DNA of 64,000 nt from assembly GCF_009914755.1 (NCBI RefSeq), contig NC_060947.1; one strand, written 5' to 3'. This document shows positions 20,632 to 36,389 of this stretch, one piece after another (position 1 is the first letter of the stretch; each line of letters opens with the position of its first letter). Source of the stretch: the human T2T-CHM13v2.0 reference genome, Homo sapiens. Below the pieces are notes generated by a model. It did not search any database. It saw only the letters and a program-made list of their open reading frames with translations, and was not told the origin of the DNA. A program made the translations under genes and the position numbers.

Positions 20632-21809
20632 TTTTCCAAGTGCTGTCTGTCACCCTTTTCTTTGACTAGGAAAGGGAACTCCCTGACCCCTTGCCCTTCC
20701 TGAGTGAGGCAATGCCTTGCCCTGCTTCGGCTCGTGCATGGTGCACTGCACCCACTGTCCTGCACCCCCTGTCTGGCACTCCCTAGTGAGATGAACCCGG
20801 TACCTCAGATGGAAACGCAGAAATCACCCATCTTCTGCATCGCTCATGCTGGGAGCTGTAGACTGGAGCTGTTCCTATTTGGCCATCTTGGCTCCAAGCC
20901 CCTCAGTGACTTAATAATAGTGCAGTTTGTTTCTCTCTCACGTCAGGTAAACAGGTTATTTTGATTAGCACTCTTTTAAACCTTGTCTCAGAGATTTAAA
21001 TTATTTTCGTCTGATCCTCCATCCATCCTAAAGATTGCCTGGGACATTTAGTAAGCCAAAACTTGGTCAAATTGTCTTGGCCCTATGGCAAGGAAGATAG
21101 GGGGATGTAGTCTTTCTGTGTCAAGGAAGAGAAAACAAGATTATTTAGCCAGTCTTTCTCCATTTTAGGATGGAGCAAAGTTGGAGTGGAAATAGACACA
21201 CCCTGGCTTTCTGCAAAACAGAATACTTCAGTCTCAAACTCCCTGAAAGTCTCTGCAGTCAGAAAGTACACCAAGCAGTATTGTCTGTTCTTTGTGTCTT
21301 TCATCAGGTTCTGAACAATCTGCCACCACCTCCCTCACAAAGACTGATCTTGTTTTCCTAAGGCATTTGTTTTCCTATGTATGTTTCTGTAAGAGACAAA
21401 GGTATATGATAACATTACAGCAAAAAAGCTATCGATTGTGTATATCCAGAAAGCAATCAGAACCACATCCATATATTTTAAATGGTACATAATTTTCTAG
21501 AATATATAGGTGTATATATATGCATGTATGTGTATAAGATGTATGCATAAGAATAGCTCAAAATAAGTGTCTTAATTTTACAGATTTTAATATTTTTAAA
21601 ATTAATTTGTTTCCTATAGAAAAAAGAGAAATTTCTAGGCTTAAGAGCCTTTGTGTATTTTTCTAACAAGTAATGAAAAAGGTAAACTCACTTAATTGCT
21701 AAATAAAACACATTGCTTATAACAGAATATATTAATAAACAACCCTGCCCCTTGCCTTAGGTTATCACCCATGATTGTAACGCTATAGCAAAAAATAATA
21801 TTAGGAATG

Positions 21810-24800
21810 AATGTATCAATTACTTTGGGAAGTATGGCCATTTTCACAATATTGATTCTTTCAATCCATGAACATGGAATGTTTTTCCATTTGTTTCTGT
21901 CCTCTCTTATTTCCTTGAGCAGTTCTCCTCAAAGTTTGTAGTTCTTCTTGAAGAAGTCCTTCGCATCCCTTGTAAGCTGTATTCCTAGTTATTTTATTCT
22001 CTTTGTAGCAATTGTAAATGGAAGTTCACTCATGATTTGGCTGTTAGTCTATTATTGGTGTATAGGAATGCTAATGATTTTTGCACATTGATTTTGTTTC
22101 CTGAGACTTTGCTGATGTTGCTTATCAACTTAAGAAGTTTTTGGGCTGAGACGATGGGGTTTTCTAAATATACAATCATGTCATCTGCAAACAGAGACAA
22201 TTTGACTTCCTCTCTTCCTATTTGAATACCCTTTATTCTCTCTCTTGCTTGATTGCCCTGGCCAGAACTTCCAATCTATGTTGAATAGGAGTGGAGAGAG
22301 GACATCCTTGTCTTGTGTCAGTTTTCAAAGGGAATGCTTCCAGCTTTTGCCCATTCAGTATGATATTGGCTGTGGGTTTGTCATAAATACCTCTTATTAT
22401 TTTGAGATACATTCCATCAATACCTCATTTATTGAGAGTTTTTAGCATGAAGGGGTGTTGAATTTTATTGAAGGCCTTTTCTTCATCTGTAGAGATAATC
22501 ATGTGGTTTTTGTCATTGGTTCAGTTTATGTGATGGATTACGTTTATTGATTTGTGTACATGGAACCAGCCTCGCATCCCATGGATGAAGCCGACTTGAT
22601 TGTGGTATAAGCTTTTCTATGTGTTGCTGGATTCAGTTTGCCTGTATTTTATTGAGGATTTTCACATCGATGTTCATCAGGGATATTGGACTGAATTTTT
22701 CTTTTGTTGTTGTTTCTCTGCCAGTATGGTATCAGGTTGATGCTGGCCTCACAAAATGAGTTAGAGAGGAGTCCCTCTATCTCTATTGTTTAGAATAGTT
22801 TCAGAAGGAATGGTACCAGCTCTTCTTTGTACCTGTGGTAGAATTTGGCTGTGAATCCATCTGGTCCTGGGCTTTTATTCGTTGGTAGGCTAGTAATCAC
22901 TGCCCCAATTTCAAAACTTGTTATTGGTCTATTCAGGGGTTCAACTTCTTCCTGGTTTAGTCTTCGGAGGGTGTATGTGTCCAGGAATTTATCAATTTCT
23001 TCTAGATTTTCTAGTTTATTTGTGTAGAGGTGTTTATAGTATTCTCTGGTGGTAGTTTATGTTTCTATAGGATCAGAAGTGATCTCCCCTTTATCATTTT
23101 TTATTGTGTCTATTTGATTCTTCTCTCTTTTCTTCTTTATTAGTCTGGCTAGTGGTCTATTTTGTTAATCTTTTCAAAAAAACAGCTCCTGGATTCTTTG
23201 ATTTTTTGAAGGGTTTTTTTTTTTGCATCTCTATTTCCCTAATTTCTGCTCTGATCTTAGTTATTTCTTGTCTTCTGGTAGCTTTTAAATTTGTTTGCTC
23301 TTGCTTCTCTAGTTGTTTTAATTTTGATGTTAGTGTGTCCATTTTACATCTTTCCCGCTTTCTCCTGTGGGCATTTAGTGCTATAAGTTTCCTTCCAAAC
23401 ACTGCTTTAGCTGTGTCCCAGAGATTCTGGTACATTGTGTCTTTGTTCTCACTGGTTTCAAATGACTTATTTATTTTTGCCTTGATTTCCTCATTTACCT
23501 ACTAGTCATTTAGGAGCAGGTTGTTCAGTTACCTTTTAGTTGTGTGGTTTTGAGTTGAGTTTGTTAATCCTGAGTTTCAATTTGGTTGAACTGTGGTCTG
23601 AGACATTGTTTGTTATGATTTCCGGTCTTTTTCATTTGCTGAGGAGTGTTTCACTTCCAATTATGTGGTCAATTTTAGAATAAGTGTTATGTGGTGCTGA
23701 GAAGTATGTATATTCGGTTGGTTTGGGGTGGTGAGTTCTGTAGATATCTATTAGGTCCACTTGATCCAGAGCTGAGTTCAAGTCCTGAATATCTTTGTTA
23801 ATTTTCTGTCTCATTGATCTGTCTAATATCAAGCTACCATTGACTTTCTTCACATAATTAGAAAAATCTTCTTTAAATTTTATATGGAACCAGAAAAGAG
23901 CTCACATAGCCAAGACAATCCTAAGCAAAAAGAAGAAAACTGGAGTCATCATGCTACCTGAGTTCAAACTATACTACAAGACTATAGTAACCAAAACAGC
24001 ATGGTACTGGTACCAAAACAGAGATATAGACCAATGGAACAGAACAGAGACCTCAGAAATAACATCACACATCTACAACCATCTGGTCTTTGACTAACCT
24101 GGCAAAAAAAAAAAAAAAGCAATGCAGAAAGGATTCCCTATTTAATAAATGGTGTTGGGAAAACTGGCTAGCCATATGCAGAAAACTGAAACTCAATCCC
24201 TTCCTTACACCTTATACAAAAATTAACTCAAGGTGGATTAAAGACTTAAAGATAAGACCTAAAACCACAAAAACCCTAGAAGAAAACCTAGGCAATACCA
24301 TTCAGGACATAGGCATGGGCAAAGACTTCATGATTAAACAGCAAAAGCAATGACAACAAAAGCCAAAATTGACAAATGGGATCTAGTTAAACCAAAGAGC
24401 TTCTGCACAACAAAAGGAGCTATCATCAGAGTGAACAGGCAACCTACAGAATGGGAGAAAATTTTTGCAATCTATCCAACTGACAAAGGGCTAATATCCA
24501 GAATCTACAAGGAACTTAAACAAATTTACAAGAAAAAACAACCCCACCAAAAAGTGGGCAAAGGATATGAACAGACACTTCTAAAAAGAAGACATTCATG
24601 CACCCAACAAACATATGAAAAAAAGCTCTTCCTCACTGGTCATTAGAGAAATGCAAATTAAAACCACAATGAGATACCATTTCATGCCAGTTAGAATGGC
24701 AATCATTAAAAAATCAGGAAACCACAGATGCTGGAGAGGATGTGGAGAAAGAGGAACACTTTTACATCATTGGTGGGAGTGTAAATTAGTTCAACCATTG

Positions 24801-25380
24801 TGGAAGACAGTGTGGTGATTCCTCAAGGTTCTAGAACCAGAAATATCATTTGACCCAGCAATCCCATTACCGAGGATACACCCAAAGGATTACAAATCGT
24901 TCTACTAGGAAGACACATGCATACGTCTGTTAATTGCAACACTATTCACAATAGCAAAGACTTGGAACCAACCCAAATGTCCATCAATGATAGACTGGAT
25001 AAAGAAAATGTGGCACATATACACTATGGAATAGTATGCAGCCATAAAAAAGGATGAGTTTATGTCCTTTGCCAGGACATGGATGAAGCTGGTAACCATC
25101 ATTCTCAGCAAGCTAACAAAGGAACAGAAAACCAAACACTGCATGTTTTCACCTATAAGCGAGAGTTGAATAATGAGAACACATGGAAACAGGTAGGGGA
25201 ACATCGCACACCAGGGCCTTTCGGGGGGTGGGTGGCTAGGTGAGGGATAGCATTAGGAGAAATACCTAATGTAGATAATGGGTTGCTGGGTGCAGCAAAC
25301 CACCACAGCACGTGTATACCTATGTAATAAACCTGCATGTTCTGCACATGTATCCCAGAACTTCAAATATAATTAAAAAA
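21810..25380 (+). mobile_element. 5'-inverted, truncated L1PA7-like element (inverted 21810-23829, sense 23830-25380)
   Basis: Orientation switch at 23829/23830; TSD ATTAGGAATG at 21800-21809 and 25381-25390. Confidence 0.92.
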
Positions 25381-26174
25381 ATTAGGAATGCCATTCTTAC
25401 TCTGCCAAGCATAAAAGGATAAATACCTACATATTTCATGTATCTATATACCTGGACTCAAGAAAACTCTTATGCCAATTCCATTGATTCAGTGCAAGTC
25501 TAGATATCACTGAGTTGACATGTAAGACTAGAAAACACCTACAGAATATGTCAAAAATCGTTGTTAAGGGCATGTATTCAGACAGTTTTCAGGGGAACTC
25601 AATTTTAGCATCTCTCTCCTTTCTGTGGTTATTTGTCCCTGGGGGAAAGTTAGGAGGTATTCTCATTTGATCTCGTGATTACTCAGAGGGTGATTCATTT
25701 GGCAGAGAATTAGAACTAACAGGTCTATTCCTCATGTTTAAAATCTGTTTTCTTATGTGGAAAGCAAATTCTTCAAGGTTGACTCACAAGGGAGCTAGCT
25801 TGAGGCAATCTGTGGCCTTATAGCACCACACAGCACTAAACAGCTTAACTCTGGTTTGAGTGCAAACAAGAACACATTTTTCTCTATGCAAATATTCCAT
25901 TAGGACACAGACTGTATTGACCTCAGTTGTTTAGATTACAGGTGAAAGCCAAACACCAGAGCTAATCTTGTGAATCAGCATGAAAGGCTCTAAGTGTAAT
26001 TCTCACAGTAGTTGGGAAGTCTCCTGCTCCACAACACCTCCCTCATTAACCTCTCATAGGAACCAAAGTTGCACCATAACACATTTATTCCTTTCAAATA
26101 TAAAGGTTTGCAGACTTTCAGAGTTTCCAATAAAATTAGTTTTGAGAAAAAGGGAGAAACAGAAATTAATGCTT

Positions 26175-26480
26175 TGCTTTTCTAATTGCCTTCTTTGGAA
26201 CTCTAGTATCTCAATATATTCCTTATAAAAAGGGTTTCCATGGCCAAATAAGTTTGGAAATCTTGCACATTATAGTCCACTCTTCGATCCTCAACATGAC
26301 TTGCAAGGTATGGAGTACATTAAATCTTTTAAGGAGTGTTTTAGTAAATATATATGTTTACTTTTTTTTTTACTCAGTATTCCTCAAACATATTTGGTTT
26401 TGAAATCCTATTTTCATGAAATTCCCACTAACAACAACCTGCAGAGCTAATGTTTTGGGCAATATACGTTGGGAAATCCC
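26175..26480 (-). mobile_element. MER103C-like hAT MITE
   Basis: AAAAAGGGTTTCCATGGCCAAATAAGTTTGGAAA plus an internal inverted partner. Confidence 0.6.
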
Positions 26481-27019
26481 AGCATAAAACATTCTCTGCT
26501 GAGTCCTCACATGGTTTGTTAACAGTGTATTGAGCATGGAGTCCTGATTTTTCCAGAAAATTACATGGGTAAAGGTGACAAAGACAGTCAGGAGCAAGAT
26601 AAGGATTCAAAAAGGGGTATTAAGAACAATACTAAAGACATATTTATGCCTCTTTTGCATGTTTTCCTCAGGCTGGTATTGAGAATATTCCCTATTTTCA
26701 ACATGATCAGAGCACTATATATATATATTTTTCTCATACAAACGATGCACTTAAATTATAGAAAATACCATAAAGCAAAGCTTGTAAACCTTGTCTATGC
26801 ATTAGAATCAAAGTATTTCCTTTTTTTTTGTTTTGATACAGATGTTTGGGGCCCACTCTAGAATTATAAAATCAAAATGTCTGGGGATGGGGCCTTGTTC
26901 TTTCTCTCTCAGTGTTGATGTTTATGTGTGTGTGTGTGTACGCCAGTGTTATTCAATCCAATGTTACTCAAATGTACAACTAAATTAATTTATAAAAATA
27001 CATAGAAATAAAACTAATA

Positions 27020-27840
<821 letters not shown>

Positions 27841-27894
27841 TCATTTTCCTTTATTTTAGATAACCGTATTTAAGCAAAATTTATCTCAGACTTA

Positions 27895-28100
27895 GAAAGG
27901 GTTCCTTAATCTGTGGTTTGTGAACCATCCCCAAACTCCATGGATGACTAGAGGCAATACGAATGGAGTTAAGCTATTCTATGAATCCTCTACAATCAAA
28001 TGCAAAATTGGGAATGTCTGTATGGACATTTTTCTAGGAAGTGCATTGACATTGTTTATCAGCTTCTCAAAGTGCGCTGTGAAACAGAAATCACTGGTCT
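27895..28100. mobile_element. hAT-Charlie MITE, family uncertain
   Basis: GGGTTCCTTAATCTGTGG...TTCTCAAAG...AAATCACTG resembles short MER hAT elements. Confidence 0.4.
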
Positions 28101-28589
28101 GAAAAATCACTTGAGTTCCTTGCTTGAAGACGTTAAGTATTAAAGCATATTGGACAATTGCCCATGTCAGAGAGTGTTTTCATTAATAGAAACCTCAAAC
28201 AAGAGGCATTTGATTAACTGAGCTTATAAAAAGAGATGAATCTCTCATAGGCTCATATCTCCTCCTTGTGTGAGAAATCATCTGCTTTCTCTTTCTATAT
28301 ATATGAGGCTAGTCATAGAAATACTATTATCTGGTTCCAAGTTTAATAGTCCTTATTTCCCCTATTAGCTAAGAATCCTTTGCTGGCCAGATAGACAATT
28401 TGGAAAGGTCTGCTTTAATTTTCATGAACGTCCATTTTATACTGTTACTTTCTATTAACGAAGCCACCTTACTGTTCAAATTATTTTATTTCTAGTAATT
28501 TTGTGGCAAAATATCACTTTTTGGATAAAACAGTGGATATTTTAAAGGAGTAGAGCTGATCAGTCCACTTAATTTTCTAAAAGGAAAAG

Positions 28590-29172
28590 TAATTCTCTCA
28601 GCTGTTTATTGCTACACAAAAATATACCCCAAAACTTACTATCTTAATACAGTAAAAGTCATTTACTTACTCACGATTCTGGAATTTGGGTAGGGCTCAG
28701 AAGGGACAGATAGTCTCTGTTCTACATAGTATTGGCTTGAGAAGCTCAACTCTAGATGGAAGATACAAAATGGTCTTACTCATATATTTAGTGCCTCAGC
28801 TCGGTTGTGTGGAATGATTGTGGGCTACCTTGGACTCTCTCTTTCCCAGTGTAGTCTCTAGTTTTCCAGGACCTGTTTTTCTCAAAATAGCTTTTCTCTT
28901 TAGCAGGGTACACCTACTTCTTTGTATGATGGCTAGCTCCTAAGAGGGGGAATCAGAAGCTACTAAGAGTCTTACAGGTTAGGTTTAAAACTGGTACAGA
29001 GTCACTTCCACTGCAGTCTGTTGATCAAAGGAAGTCACAAGGCTACCTAATATCAAGAAGAAAGGAAAATAGACTCCACCCCTTGAATGGCGAAACAGCA
29101 TGAGAGTACGAGAGAACAGAATGGATTTTTTTTAATTTTTTTTTATTTTTATTTTTGCAGCAATTGCATCAC
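28590..29172 (-). mobile_element. MLT1G/H-like LTR
   Basis: TATTGCTACACAAAAATATACCCCAAAACTTA; GTCACTTCCACTGCAGTCTGTTGATCAAAGGAAGTCACAAGGC; ATAGACTCCACC. Confidence 0.7.
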
Positions 29173-29364
29173 AGAAACCTCTGAGTAAAGTAGATGGATG
29201 GAGGTACTCAGAGGGGAAGACCTGGCTCTGTTTTCTCTTTTTTAGGGTAAATCCCAGACATTATTCTGGTATTCTTTCTCTCCAGTATCAAAAGGGTCAG
29301 TCATTTTAGCAGGGAAAAATGCTACGTAGGTGTTTAAAATCACATAGACTTTACAAATCATATT

Positions 29365-29640
29365 CATCAGAGCACAAGTGTTTTCAATAGGTCTCAATTA
29401 ATGGACTGTGTAAGAAAAAAAATCATCAAATATATTTAAGAAACAGCTGAATATTCCACTCCTATCCTGGTTGTTTATATCACACACTAATATATTAAAT
29501 ACTTTGATAAATTTTAGAGTAAGAACAACTGTTGTACAGTTTTAAACTCAGCATTTCTCAAGCTTTTAAAATACAATTCCTTTTTATCTTGGGGTATTTA
29601 ATAATATCTCAAAAGACACTACTGTTTTAAAGAGACTCTG
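29365..29640 (-). mobile_element. MER103C-like, degenerate
   Basis: Similar layout to 26175-26480 and the reverse of 41294-41604. Confidence 0.45.
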
Positions 29641-29852
29641 ATATAGACACAGTTTCAGCTACAACAGATGTTTAAGAAACCTTTCTGTGACCTGATCAAC
29701 TGTTGGCCATATTTAAGTTTTTGTCTGTAAGTGGAAGAGAAAGTGGCTTCAGAAAGTTTTCCTATTTTGTTTGTTTGTTTGGTTGATTGATTTGGTTTTA
29801 TTCTACTGGATTCCAAGTGTCTAGAGTATTGTCAGATTTTTATTGCCACTAA

Positions 29853-30156
<304 letters not shown>

Positions 30157-30579
30157 GTATTAATATCATTTTTAATAGAGATTTGGCAGTGCACAAAGTG
30201 TCCTTAAATATACATGAACATTGAGAAGTATAAATCAACAGTTTTTCCATTATGTAGGACTACATGTAGGGAAGTGGAGTCGTGAGTGTGTTTGTGTGTG
30301 TGTGTAAGTACAATATCTGTTAGTGCACCCTGTTCCATTTTCTCCAGGGCCTTGCCCCTGCCCCCTGGGGGGCTATATTTTGAGCACTCAATAGGACCAG
30401 GGGGACAGAAGAGAAATGATCTAAGCATTACATACCAAAGAGTTTCCGAAAGTAAGGACATAAGGAGGAAAGTGGGTAATAGATGTAAAAGTAACTGACT
30501 AGAGGAAATGCAAAGAGGGAAGCTAAACACTAAAATCTGGAGTTTGATGGCAGCCTAGGTTGGGAGAGTGCAGATACTA

Positions 30580-30840
30580 TTGTCCAATCAGGTTTCTTAG
30601 TGGCAAACGACAGGAAGTTACTTTGATCATTATAGGCAGAAAAGGGCTGCAAAATTGGATAATCAGACTTGGGAGAACAGGCAAGTACCAAAAGAAGCCA
30701 GGTGGCAGGAATTACAAATTAGGCCATACCATTTGAGCAGCATGATTAAGATATCACTGCCACTGTTGTTAAACACTGGATGTTGCTACCTCCGCCACTG
30801 AAAAGAATGATAAGTTGTTCTTGCTCTTTTTATATTACTC
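30580..30840. mobile_element. Ancient MaLR/LTR-like fragment (similar segment at about 36570-36900)
   Basis: GGTTTCTTAGTGGCAAACGACAGGAAG..; shared ATCACT..CACT..(A/G)AA(C/T)ACTGGAT motif between the two sites. Confidence 0.35.
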
Positions 30841-33512
30841 ATTATGGTTTGTTAGCTTAAATTGTTAGAGTAATTTTCCATTAACTTTTACCACTGCATA
30901 TATTTTTTTGAGAAAAAAAATACAAGATATCACTTGAATTCTGACCATATTTTTTCTCCGTAACCATTGAGTAGTAGGTGTCTGGATCAATAATTTTAGC
31001 CAAAATCATAACTATATATTTTTTGCCTGCTTACCTATCCAGTGACATGGAAAATATTAAATGTTCAGATAGATACTTCCTCTTTTAATTCAGTGCACTC
31101 ACTACGAATAATGGTAGAAGACTTCCTTCTAAAGTACAAAACTATTTTTTAAATAATTCATTGAGGTGAGGTTTATGTAACATAAAATTAACCATTATTA
31201 AAAACAACTCAGTGGCATCTATTACATTCACAACTTCATGCAATCACCACCTCTATATAGTTCTGAAATATTTCTGTCACTCCAAAGGAAAAAACCTCAC
31301 CCATTAAGCAGTTTCTCCCAATTCTCCCCTGTCCCAGGGCCCTGGAAACCACCATTTGTATGCCCTCTATATGAATTTTTTCATCCTCTAATAGATATTT
31401 CATGTAAATAGAATCATACAATATGTGATCTTTTATGCCTGGCTTCTAATATTTAGCATATCGTTTTGGAGATTCATCCATGCTTTAACTGGTATCAGAG
31501 ATTAACTTACTTATATGGCTAAATAATATTCCCTTGTGTGTACATAACACAATTCGTCTTTCATTGTTCTATTCATAAACAGTTGGGATGTTTCTACATT
31601 TTGGCTATTGTAAATAGTGCTGCTATGAAGATGCCTTTACATGCACTTGTTTGAGTATCTATTTTAAATTATTTTAGTGTACAGCTATAAGTAGAATTAC
31701 TGGGTCATGTGGTAATTCTATGCTCAACTTTTGGAGGAACTACCAAATTATTTTCCACAGTGAGAAAACCATTTGACATTCTGATAGCAATGTATGAGTG
31801 TTCCAAATTTTCCACATTTCTGTCAACACTTACTTTCATTGCTTTATAGCTATCCTAATGGGAGTAAAACAGTATCTGCTTGTGATATTGATTTGCATTT
31901 TCCTAATGACTAATGATATTGAGCATCTTTTATGTTTTAGTCCCATTTTTAATTGGAATGTTTGTCTTATTTTTCTTTATATATTCTTGATACTAGATTC
32001 TTAATTGGTATTACAAATGTTTTCTTTTATTCTGTTGGTTTTCACTTTGTTGATAATGTCCTTTCATGCACAAATTTTTAAATTTTGATAAAGTCCAAAT
32101 TATCTATTTGTTTCTTTTGTTGCTCATGCTTTTGGTGTCATATCTAAAAAACCATTGCCAAATCCAAAGCCATGAAGACTTACCCCTATGTTTTCTTCTA
32201 ATGGATTTTTATTATTTTAACTCTTAAAATTGGGTCATTGATACATTTCAAGTTAATTTTTATATCTGCTGTGGCATAGGTGTCTACTTTGGCAAGTGAA
32301 TATGCAGCTCTCTTATGAAAATTTGTTAAACACACTGTTATTTCCCCCATTGAATGAACTTGGCATTGTTGTTGAAAATCAATGGTAATTGATATATGAG
32401 TGTATTCTGGATAGTCAGTTCTAGTCCGTAGGTCTAGATGTCTGTCCTATGCCAGTTACCTTTGGGGTATGTTTTGAAATTAAGAAATGTGATTCTTCCA
32501 ACTTTACTGTCCCTTCTTAAGACTGTTTTGGCTATTCAGGCACCCTTACAATTCTATGTGATTTTAATGATCAGTTTTATTCATTTTTGGAAAAAAAGGC
32601 ATTGAGATGTTGATAGAGACATTGACTATAGATTTATTTGGGTTTTATTGATATCTTAACAATATTAAGTCTTTCAATCCATGAGAACAGAATTTCTTTT
32701 CATTTATTTAGGTCTTTAACATCTTTCAGCAATGTTGTGTTGTTGTTTCCATACAAGTGTTTCCATGTCTTAGTTACATTTGTTACTAAATTTTAACAAT
32801 TTAAAACTTTTTTAAATTGTAAAAAGAAATTTTAAAAACTTATTTCTTGGATTGTTTATTGCTGGTGCATAGAAACTGAACTGATTTTGTATACTGATCT
32901 TGTACCCTGGAACTTTGCATAAATTCTTAATTATATTAAAAAGTTTTTTTTAGTGGATATTTCAAGATTTGTGGACACACTAAGTTACTTCTTTCTTTAT
33001 AATTTGGAAGCTTTTAATTTTTTTTATTGCCCTGCCTAATTGCTCTGTCTAGAAATTCTGTGCAATATTAAATGGAAGAGATAAAAATGGACATCTTTGT
33101 CTTGTCCCTGATCTTAGGAGGAAAACTTTCAGTATGACATCATTGAATAGGATGTTAGCCATGGGTTTTTGAAAAAAGCCCTTTATTATGTTGAGAAAAT
33201 TTCCTTACAGTATTAGTTTTCCGTGTGTTTTTATCATGAAAAGTTGTTTAATGCTGTCAAATGATTGTTGTCTGTCACTCAGGATGATCATGTGCTTTTT
33301 TGTTCTTCATTCTATTAATTTTCTTAAGTTAAAACATCCTTGTATTCCTGGGATAAATTTAACTTAGTTATGGTGATATTATCCTCTTTACATGCTTTTG
33401 AGTCTTTTTTCAAGTATATTTTGAGGAATTTGTATCTATATTCATAAGTGATATTGATGGGTAATTTTCTGTGATGACTTTACCTGGTTTTTGCATCAGA
33501 ATAATGACAGCC

Positions 33513-33879
<367 letters not shown>

Positions 33880-34537
33880 TTAATAAGGATTGGCAATAAT
33901 TCTTTAAATGTTTGATAGTATTTACCAGGAAAGCCACATGTTTCTGGGCTTTACTTTGGGAACAAGAAAAGGGAGTTAGTACTGATTCAGTTATTTATTA
34001 TTGGACTCTTCAGATTTTCCATTTCTTCTCGAGTCAGTTTTAACAAATTATGTCTTTCTAAGAATTTGTCCACTTCATCTAGGTCATCTATTTTGCTTAC
34101 ATACTGTTATACACAGTATTGTCTTACAATTGATTTTTATATCTGTAGAGTCCCAATAGTAATGCTCCCAACATCATTTCTTATTTTACTCATTTGTATC
34201 TTTTCTCCCTTTTTTTCAACCAGTCTAGCTAGAGATTTGTCATTTTTGTTGGTCTTCTCAAAGAACCAACTTTTGGTTGCACTGATTTTCTCTATTGTTT
34301 TTCCATTACCTATTTCACTTATCTCAGCTATAATTTTTTTTATTCTATCCTTGGGTTTAACTTGCACTTCTATTTTTTTTAGTTCCTTAATCTGCATAGT
34401 TAGGGTACTAACTTGAGACCTTTATTTTTGCTTAATGTAGGCATTTACTGCTGTAAAATTCCCTCTGAGTCCTGCCTTTACTAAATCTCATAAGTTTTGA
34501 TATGTTTGTTTTAGTTTTTATTGATTTCTAAGTGTTT

Positions 34538-34580
34538 TCCTTTCCTTTTCCTTTTCCTCTTTCCTTTCTTTTTCTCTTTT

Positions 34581-34620
<40 letters not shown>

Positions 34621-34791
34621 TCATTTCTTTCTTTCTCTTTCTTTCTTCTCTTCCTTTTCCTTCTTTCTTTCTCTCTTTTCTTTCTTTCTCTTTCTTTCTT
34701 TCTTTCATTCATTCTTTCTTTCTTTCTTCTTTCTTCTATTTCTTTTTCTTTCTTTCCATTCTTTCTTTCTTTCTTCTTCTTCTTTTTTTTT
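34538..34791. repeat. (TTTC)n-rich polypyrimidine microsatellite derived from an Alu tail
   Basis: About 250 bp of TTTC/TTC/TTCC units lying inside the Alu TSD. Confidence 0.95.
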
Positions 34792-35043
34792 AATAGGGTC
34801 TTTCTCTGGCACGATCTAGGCTCACTGCAACCTCCACCTCCTGGATTCAAGAGATTCTCTCACCTCAGCCTCCCGAGTACCTAGGATTACAGGTTCCTGC
34901 CACCAAGCCTGGCTTGTATTTTTAATAGAGACGAGGTTTCACCATGTAGGCAAAGCTGGTCTTAAACTCCTGACCTCAAGTGACCCACCCACCTCAGCCT
35001 TCCAAAGTGCTGGGATTATAGGCATGAGCTACCCCACCTGGCC
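34792..35043 (-). mobile_element. AluS (Sz-like) with internal deletions
   Basis: CTCCTGACCTCAAGTGA; TSD GAT(T/C)T(C/G)TAAGTGTTTTC at about 34523 and 35047. Confidence 0.88.
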
Positions 35044-36389
35044 TCGATCTGTAAGTGTTTTCTAATTTCCCTTGTGAATACTTTTTTTGACCCATTGGTT
35101 GTTCAAGACTATGTTGTTTAATTTTGACATATGTGTGAATTTTTTACTTATACTTCTATAATTCATTTCTAGCTTCATTCCATTGTGGCCGGAGAAGATA
35201 CTCTGTATGATATCTACCTAAAATCTGTAGAGGCTTGTTTTGTGTTCTAAAATGTGGTTTATCCTAGAGAATATTCCATTTGCTTCTGAGAGAATTGTGT
35301 ATCTGCTATTGTACTATGAATGTTTGATATATGTCTATTAGATCTGATTGGTTTATACTGTTAGTCAAGTTCACTAACTCTTCCCCAACCTACTATCTAT
35401 TCATTATGAAAAATAGGGCGTTGAAGTTTCCAATTATTATAACTCTCTTTTCTGCCTTCAAATTTGTCAATGTTTACTTTATGTATCTTGTGACTCTGAA
35501 GTTTGGTGCAAATATATTTATAATTGTTATATTTTCTTACTATAGTGACTCTTACAATATACAATGTATTTATTTGATCTTGCAATAGATCTTGCCTTAA
35601 ATCTATTTTGGCTGAGATTAATATAGTACTCTAGTTCTCTGTTGGTTGCTATTTTCATGACTTTTTTTTTATTCTTTCACTTTCCACCTATTTGTAGTTA
35701 TAATCTAAAGTGAATCTTGTAGACAGCATACGGTTGGATCATGTTTTAATGTAACTCAATTCTGCCAATTTCTGACTTTTGATTTAAGAGTTTAATTCAT
35801 TTCCAAAAATATAATGTTAAGGAAAGATTTATTTCTGCTGTTTTGCTATTTATTTTCTCTGTGTGTTATACCTTTTTTGTTTCTCATTGTCTCCAATACG
35901 TTTTTATGTTTAGTTGATTTTGTTAAATGTATCATTTGTTATCTTCTCATTTCCTTTTGAGTGCATTTTTCAGATATTTTCCTAATGGTTACCATGGGAA
36001 TCACAATTAACATCTTACATTTATAACAATCCAGATTCAATTGAGACCAACTTAGCTTCATTAGCAAACATTTTGCTTCTAATAAGATCTGCTCCTCCAT
36101 TATGTTGATGTCACAAATCATGTATTTTGTATTGTATGCCCAATATAATTATTTTTTATGGATTTTTCTTTTATATTATTAAAGAGATAAAAAGTTCAAT
36201 TATAAACCAAAATATAGTAATGTTGGCTTTCAGTGGAGATTTTTTATTTCTTTGTACAACTTCTAGTTACTGACTTTTTGTTTCAACTTTACGGTCCATC
36301 TTTAGCTTTTTGTGGAAAGGTGGTCTGTTGGTAACAATCTTCCTCAGATTTTGTTAAACCTGAAAATGTTTTTATTTCTTCTGTATTTC

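Noticed and set aside
25980-26861. Short ORFs (60-98 aa) in non-L1 sequence
   Set aside because: No recognisable domains or exon structure; partly overlap a MER103C-like element
34511-34850. K/E/R-rich and F/S/L-rich ORFs
   Set aside because: Translations of the TTTC microsatellite
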